Origin: Alphaproteobacteria bacterium
GTDB taxonomy: Bacteria; Pseudomonadota; Alphaproteobacteria; UBA7985; JAUIBT01
Direction: 5' to 3'
Assembly: GCA_030428565.1 (NCBI GenBank)
Contig: JAUIDR010000026.1
Span: 12,754-44,753 of the forward strand
Length of the DNA stretch: 32,000 nucleotides
In this document: positions 27,479-32,000 of the stretch, piece by piece
Layout of the letters: every line of letters starts with the position of its first letter
Position numbering within the stretch: the stretch's first letter is position 1
The notes under the pieces: model-generated
The model's database searches: none
What the model saw: only the letters and a program-made list of their open reading frames with translations
Told to the model about the DNA's origin: nothing
Translations under genes and position numbers: made by a program

Positions 27479-28128
27479 AGTTGATTTTGTTGGGCCCGCC
27501 GGGCGCCGGAAAGGGAACCCAAGCCAAGCGTCTAATCGATGCTTACGGTATTCCGCAGTTATCCACGGGTGACATGCTGCGTGCGGTGAGCAAGTCGGGC
27601 TCTGCCCTGGGCAACGAGATTGCCGAGATCATGAAGACCGGCGCCCTGATTTCCGACGATATCATCATTAAGATGATCGCCGCGCGCTTGGACGAATCGG
27701 ACTGCAAGAACGGCTTTATTTTGGACGGTTTCCCACGCACCGAGGCGCAAGCCGAGGGTCTGGACCGTATGCTGGCTGACAAGGGCATGACCCTGGACGC
27801 GGTGGTCGAGTTGACCGTCGATGTCAACGCCCTGGTCGAGCGCATCACCGGTCGGTACACATGTGCCAACTGTGGCGCGGGCTATCATGACACTTTCCAA
27901 AAGCCTAAGGTCGAGGGCGTTTGCGATAGTTGCGGAGGCACCGAATTTAGCCGTCGCGCCGATGACAATGAAGCGACCGTCCGCGATCGCATCAAGGTCT
28001 ATGACGACCAAACCAAGCCGATTATCCCGCACTATGAGCACAAGGGTTTGCTAAAGCGCGTCGACGGCATGCAAGACATCGACGCTGTAACGGCTTCGAT
28101 CAAGACCATCTTAGACGCAGTGCATTGA
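27475..28128 (+). CDS. adk: Adenylate kinase (long form with a Cys4 lid)
   Basis: 217 aa, with P-loop [20 protein letters not shown], ...[12 protein letters not shown], and a lid with C130-x2-C133-x16-C150-x2-C153. The start overlaps the secY stop (ATGA). Confidence 0.97.
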   Translation: MKLILLGPPGAGKGTQAKRLIDAYGIPQLSTGDMLRAVSKSGSALGNEIAEIMKTGALISDDIIIKMIAARLDESDCKNGFILDGFPRTEAQAEGLDRMLADKGMTLDAVVELTVDVNALVERITGRYTCANCGAGYHDTFQKPKVEGVCDSCGGTEFSRRADDNEATVRDRIKVYDDQTKPIIPHYEHKGLLKRVDGMQDIDAVTASIKTILDAVH

Positions 28129-28251
28129 CAAAGCGGATTTAGGCTGCTATCGGCAGCTCCCTTTGTTGTGGCACTTCCTCGACTTTTGCGCGCATGCGCA
28201 TACCGTGTCTCGCCGCCGGCGGGCACCGATTGATTTGTAAGGAGAACGACC

Positions 28252-28620
28252 GTGGCCCGTATCGCCGGTGTCAATATACCAACGCAGAAGCCGCTGTGGA
28301 TCGCGCTGACCTACATCCACGGCATTGGCCAGACCACGGCCAAGAAAATCGTGAGCGACCTGGGCCTGGAGCCCATGCGTCGTGTCAACGAATTGAGCGA
28401 CGATGAAGTGCTGAAAATTCGCGAGACCATCGACGCTGACTACATGGTGGAAGGCGACCTTCGCCGTGAGCGCGCTATGAATATCAAGCGACTGATGGAC
28501 CTGAAGTGCTATCGCGGCCTGCGCCATCGTCACAATTTGCCGACTCGTGGCCAGCGCACGCGCTGTAACGCGCGCACCCGCAAGGGTAAAGCTGTGCCGA
28601 TCGCCGGTAAGAAGAAGTAA
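28252..28620 (+). CDS. rpsM: 30S ribosomal protein S13 (GTG start)
   Basis: 122 aa, (M)[32 protein letters not shown]...[34 protein letters not shown] lies upstream. Confidence 0.97.
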   Translation: MARIAGVNIPTQKPLWIALTYIHGIGQTTAKKIVSDLGLEPMRRVNELSDDEVLKIRETIDADYMVEGDLRRERAMNIKRLMDLKCYRGLRHRHNLPTRGQRTRCNARTRKGKAVPIAGKKK

Positions 28621-28632
28621 GGATAGAAAGAC

Positions 28633-29022
28633 ATGGCAAGACCTGAGCGCGGCGTTCGCCGCAGAGAGCGTAAGAACATCACTTCTGGTGTTGCGCACGT
28701 TGCTTCGACCTTCAACAACACCCTGATCACCATTACAGATGCGCAAGGCAACGCCATCTCCTGGTCATCGGCGGGTATGCAGGGCTTCAAAGGCTCTCGC
28801 AAATCGACCCCTTACGCGGCCCAGGTCGCGGCTGAGGATGCGGGTCGCAAGGCTCAAGAACACGGCATGAAGACCCTGGAAGTTTGCGTTAAGGGCCCCG
28901 GGTCTGGACGTGAGTCGGCTCTGCGTGCTTTGCAGTCTATCGGTTTTACCATCACGGCTATCCGCGACGTGACACCCGTTCCTCACAACGGTTGCCGTCC
29001 GCGTAAACAACGCCGCGTCTAA
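28633..29022 (+). CDS. rpsK: 30S ribosomal protein S11
   Basis: 129 aa, ...[49 protein letters not shown]...[23 protein letters not shown]. Confidence 0.98.
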   Translation: MARPERGVRRRERKNITSGVAHVASTFNNTLITITDAQGNAISWSSAGMQGFKGSRKSTPYAAQVAAEDAGRKAQEHGMKTLEVCVKGPGSGRESALRALQSIGFTITAIRDVTPVPHNGCRPRKQRRV

Positions 29023-29115
29023 CCGACGCCAGGCCGGTGCCGCTGGGCGGTGCTGGCCACGATCGGCGTGGGTGGCGACGAGCCACATGTTCTAGCGCCT
29101 TCGTTGTTTTTGTCA

Positions 29116-29149
29116 GGCGGGAGCCGTTTGCGGTGCTCCTCGCCTTTTT
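29116..29149 (+). terminator. Terminator-like hairpin (possible internal attenuator) between rpsK and rpoA
   Basis: GGCGGGAGC (29116-29124) pairs with GCTCCTCGCC (29135-29144), with one bulge. T5 follows at 29145-29149, about 40 nt upstream of the rpoA start. Confidence 0.35.
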
Positions 29150-29189
29150 GCCGTTTTAGAACGCCTTGTGCGTTGAAGGAGTGTATTCG

Positions 29190-30209
29190 GTGCTTCAAAA
29201 AAATTGGACCGATTTGATCAAGCCGACCGAGCTGGTTGTCAACCCTGGCGCGGACCCCAGCCGTATGGCGGTCGCGGTGGCGGAACCGCTGGAGCGTGGC
29301 TTTGGTCTGACCCTGGGGAACGCGCTGCGTCGCGTCCTGTTGTCGTCTTTGCAAGGCGCGGCGGTTACCAGCATTCAAATCGACGGCGTGCTGCACGAGT
29401 TCGCCTCGATCGACGGTGTGCGTGAAGACGTGACCGATATCGTCATCAACGTGAAGAAGTTGGCATTGCGCATGCATGCCGAAGGCCCAAAGCGCATGCG
29501 TTTGCGCGGCAACGGCCCGGGCGTTCTGACCGCCGGCATGATTGATTGCGGTTCTGACGTCGAGATCATGAACCCCGACCACGTTATCGCGACCTTGGAC
29601 GAAGGCTCTGTCTTCAACATGGAGCTGACCTGCAACACGGGCAAGGGCTACGTGCCGGCCGCTGCCAACCGCCCGGACGATGCGCCGATTGGCCTGGTGC
29701 CGGTTGATTCGATTTTCTCGCCGGTTCGCTCGGTCTCCTACAAGGTGGACAACACCCGTGTTGGTCAGGTGACCGACTATGACAAGCTGACTGTCAACCT
29801 GGAAACGACGGGCGCCGTCAGCCCTGAGGATGCTCTGGCCGTTGCCGCGCGTATCCTGCAGGACCAATTGCAGCTGTTCGTCAACTTCGAAGAACCTTCG
29901 CAGGCTGGCAAGCAAGAAGAGACGCGCGACGAGCTGCCGTTCAACAAGAACTTGCTGCGCCGTGTCGAAGAACTGGAATTGTCGGTTCGCTCGGCCAACT
30001 GCCTGAAGAACGACAACATCGTTTACATCGGCGATTTGGTTCAAAAGACCGAAGCCGAAATGCTGCGCACGCCGAACTTTGGCCGCAAGTCCTTGAACGA
30101 GATCAAGGAAGTGCTGTCGCAGATGGGCCTGCACTTGGGAATGGAAGTCACCGACTGGCCGCCTGAGAACATCGAAGACCTAGCCAAGCGCGTCGAAGAC
30201 CCGTTCTAA
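29190..30209 (+). CDS. rpoA: DNA-directed RNA polymerase subunit alpha (339 aa, GTG start)
   Basis: The track ORF opens at TTG 29166. GTG 29190 is preceded by SD GAAGGAG (29175-29181) and gives the conserved N-terminus (M)[16 protein letters not shown]. The C-terminal domain has ...[48 protein letters not shown]. Confidence 0.96.
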   Translation: MLQKNWTDLIKPTELVVNPGADPSRMAVAVAEPLERGFGLTLGNALRRVLLSSLQGAAVTSIQIDGVLHEFASIDGVREDVTDIVINVKKLALRMHAEGPKRMRLRGNGPGVLTAGMIDCGSDVEIMNPDHVIATLDEGSVFNMELTCNTGKGYVPAAANRPDDAPIGLVPVDSIFSPVRSVSYKVDNTRVGQVTDYDKLTVNLETTGAVSPEDALAVAARILQDQLQLFVNFEEPSQAGKQEETRDELPFNKNLLRRVEELELSVRSANCLKNDNIVYIGDLVQKTEAEMLRTPNFGRKSLNEIKEVLSQMGLHLGMEVTDWPPENIEDLAKRVEDPF

Positions 30210-30359
30210 GCCTAGCGGACATCGCGCGGACCCCGGTTCGCGTCGCAAATCCCTCGAAGCCGGGGTTAAGGCTTCACAAGTCCAGGCGCCGTAAGCTCCC
30301 TTTGCTGCGTACTGTTACAAAAAACCCGCGCACCAATGCGCCCTTTGAGGAGATGACCC

Positions 30360-30785
30360 ATGCGTCACCGTCGTTCCGGCCGTCGCTTTAGCCGCACGGC
30401 TTCACACCGCAAAGCTATGTTTGGCAACATGGCGACCTCGCTGCTGTGGCACGAGCAAATCATTACCACTCTGCCCAAGGCAAAAGATTTGCGTCCCGTT
30501 GTGGAAAAGCTGATCACCAAAGCCAAAAAGGGTGGCTTGGCGAACCGTCGCGAAGTCTACAAGACCGTTAAGCAGGACGATGTTGTCCGCAAGCTGTTTG
30601 ATACCTTGGCCGAGCGCTACAAGGACCGCCCCGGCGGCTACGTGCGCGTTTTGAAGGCTGGTTTCCGCTATGGCGACATGACCCCCATGGCGGTCATCGA
30701 GTTGGTAGACCGTGATCCGGATGCCAAGGGCGCGCTGTTGTCCAACGAGCCCGAGCGCGATTTGGAAGTCGACGACGAGGAATAA
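30360..30785 (+). CDS. rplQ: 50S ribosomal protein L17
   Basis: 141 aa, [55 protein letters not shown]... Last gene of the alpha operon. Confidence 0.97.
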   Translation: MRHRRSGRRFSRTASHRKAMFGNMATSLLWHEQIITTLPKAKDLRPVVEKLITKAKKGGLANRREVYKTVKQDDVVRKLFDTLAERYKDRPGGYVRVLKAGFRYGDMTPMAVIELVDRDPDAKGALLSNEPERDLEVDDEE

Positions 30786-30852
30786 ATCTCGCACGGCAAA
30801 TCTGCTAACACGGCCTTTTGGTCGGCGTAAGTGCAGAGACAAGAATGAGAAA

Positions 30853-30883
30853 GGGACGGTCCAGCGGGCGCGTCCCTTTTTTT
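30853..30883 (+). terminator. Intrinsic terminator downstream of rplQ
   Basis: GGGACG (30853-30858) pairs with CGTCCC (30871-30876), and flanking AAA/TTT extends the stem. T7 lies at 30877-30883. Confidence 0.7.
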
Positions 30884-31199
30884 GTGCCCACGTTTTGCGC
30901 GCGCTGCCAAGGACAGCGGTGGCGAGCTGTCAGGGCGCGGTTGGGGTTGTGTATTTCTCACAGGGCTGTGAGAGGGCCAATATGGTCTCGCAAAGCCGGC
31001 CCAATTCATGCCTAATACCAACAGGCGACGGGCCGCCCTTGACCGGTCGCCGGTTCGATTGACCGACGCCCCCGCGTTCTCCGCCGCTCGGCCAAGCGCC
31101 TAAGGTCGGTTCTCAGGCGTCAATAACTCAGCTGGTCACCCGCATTAACGGTTGATTTGAGCACGCGGTGGCAAATTTTTTGCTCCGGCTCTCTATGGC

Positions 31200-32000
31200 A
31201 TCCACGCCAGGGCGCGCATGGGCTCTGATTTGCCTGTTTTGGGTAGTAGATTGGACCGTTTCCAGCGATTTTCGATGCACCTATTCTATGGTTTGTCGCC
31301 GTTCATGGAAGACGAGACGGTCAAAGTTGTAGGCCAAGTTAGCCAGTGTCAGTTTAGCCTTGGCTCTAGCCAACCCAATGGTGCGTATGAACAGGCCATA
31401 GCGGTTCTTCTGGTGGGCAAAGACGTGCTCAACCTTGGCTCTGACAGAAGACTTCTTTGCATTCGCCTGTGATGTTGCCTGGGGCATGGGCTTGCCCTTC
31501 GGCTTTTTGCGATGGATTTTGCTCGTCATCATGCGCTTGGCGAGCCAGCCCTCGTTGTTCGTCGAACGATAGGCTGTATCTGCCCAGACACTCGAAGCCG
31601 TATTGCTTTTGTCGATAACATGCTTCAGCTGACGGCCATCACTGGCTGCTGCCGAGGTGACATGGCCTTTGCGGATAAAGCCATAGCGCCGATCAATGCT
31701 GATGTGCGTTTTATAGCCGAAGGTGGGGGTTGCGATCTGAGGCAAAGGGCTGCCGTCCGGGCGGTAGCGGATCTTGCCCCCTATCTTCAGTGTCCACCGG
31801 GCCGAGGTGTCCTTTTGGGCCGCCTTGTTGGGTTTGTCAGGCCAAATCTGCTCAGCGCTTTTGCCCTCTTTGATGGCCGCCTTCTCGTCCTCGGTATTGC
31901 GCTGCTTCGGGGCTTGGACCAACGAGGCATCGACGATCTGCCCACCCATGGGCAAGTAACCCGCTGAGCGCAAGTGCTGATCAAAGGCTTGGAACAGCGC
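31200..32000 (-). mobile_element. IS5-family insertion sequence, one end only. The left boundary is approximate and the rest lies outside the window.
   Basis: This rests on the transposase gene above. The stop codon is at 31281-31283. IS5-group elements usually have tens of bp to about 100 bp between the transposase stop and the terminal inverted repeat. The end should therefore lie somewhere around 31160-31280. Without the partner inverted repeat I cannot fix it. Confidence 0.5.
31281..32000 (-). CDS. IS5-family (IS5-group) DDE transposase, C-terminal ~239 codons; the ORF continues past the window end
   Basis: The track ORF 31281-31973 'starts' at an internal TTG. The same frame stays open to position 32000 (ALFQAFDQH-L-RSAGYLPMGGQIVDASLVQAP...). 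The motifs are typical of IS5-group transposases: GGQIVDASLV, KDTSARWTLK, FGYKTHISIDRRYGFIR, WADTAYRS, RAKVEHVFAHQKNR, LANLAYNF. Confidence 0.88.
   Translation of the reverse strand, partial: ALFQAFDQHLRSAGYLPMGGQIVDASLVQAPKQRNTEDEKAAIKEGKSAEQIWPDKPNKAAQKDTSARWTLKIGGKIRYRPDGSPLPQIATPTFGYKTHISIDRRYGFIRKGHVTSAAASDGRQLKHVIDKSNTASSVWADTAYRSTNNEGWLAKRMMTSKIHRKKPKGKPMPQATSQANAKKSSVRAKVEHVFAHQKNRYGLFIRTIGLARAKAKLTLANLAYNFDRLVFHERRQTIE

Noticed and set aside
28143-28170. A weak hairpin, GCTGC-TATCG-GCAGC, followed by a TCCCTTTGTTG stretch after adk, considered as a possible terminator
   Set aside because: The stem is only 5 bp and the U-tract is interrupted. That is too weak to call, and rpsM probably still receives read-through.
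29166-29189. A TTG start giving 8 extra residues on rpoA
   Set aside because: GTG 29190 has a well-spaced GAAGGAG SD and reproduces the conserved (M)LQKNW... alpha-subunit N-terminus.
31039-31075. A GGTTCGATT motif resembling a tRNA T-loop, with nearby short stems
   Set aside because: No 5-bp T-stem flanks the putative loop in any register. No acceptor or anticodon arms can be drawn, so this is not a tRNA or a recognisable tRNA fragment.
31218-31967. Plus-strand ORFs (31218-31472, 31512-31967, 31774-31959) opposite the transposase gene
   Set aside because: They are shadow frames of the clearly homologous minus-strand IS5 transposase.

Overview
This window is almost entirely the core transcription and translation gene neighbourhood of a high-GC genome, and the gene order looks alphaproteobacterial. 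It starts with the 5' part of a minus-strand AMP nucleosidase gene. The plus strand then carries rplJ-rplL, rpoB-rpoC, rpsL-rpsG-fusA-tuf and a contiguous S10/spc/alpha cluster (rpsJ through rplQ, with secY and adk). That cluster lacks rpmJ, infA and rpsD, as is usual for Alphaproteobacteria. Several gene pairs overlap in a way that suggests translational coupling: TAATG at rpsJ/rplC and rplV/rpsC, and ATGA at rplD/rplW and secY/adk. The window ends inside a minus-strand IS5-family transposase gene that runs off the edge. The one element that housekeeping biology does not explain is a cassette of about 1 kb between rplL and rpoB, two genes that are normally adjacent. It has its own promoter-like element and Shine-Dalgarno sequence and is bracketed by two intrinsic terminators. 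It encodes a 269-aa protein with a signal peptide followed by seven diverged tandem modules of about 34 aa, each with the spacing C-x6-C-x5-C-x5-C (28 Cys in total). I cannot assign this protein to a named family from sequence alone. It is the best candidate here for something undescribed, though it is a single gene rather than a multi-gene system. I found no CRISPR array, tRNA, rRNA or recognisable defence genes. Promoter calls are weak motif matches. Terminator calls rest on hairpins plus U-tracts that I read directly from the sequence.
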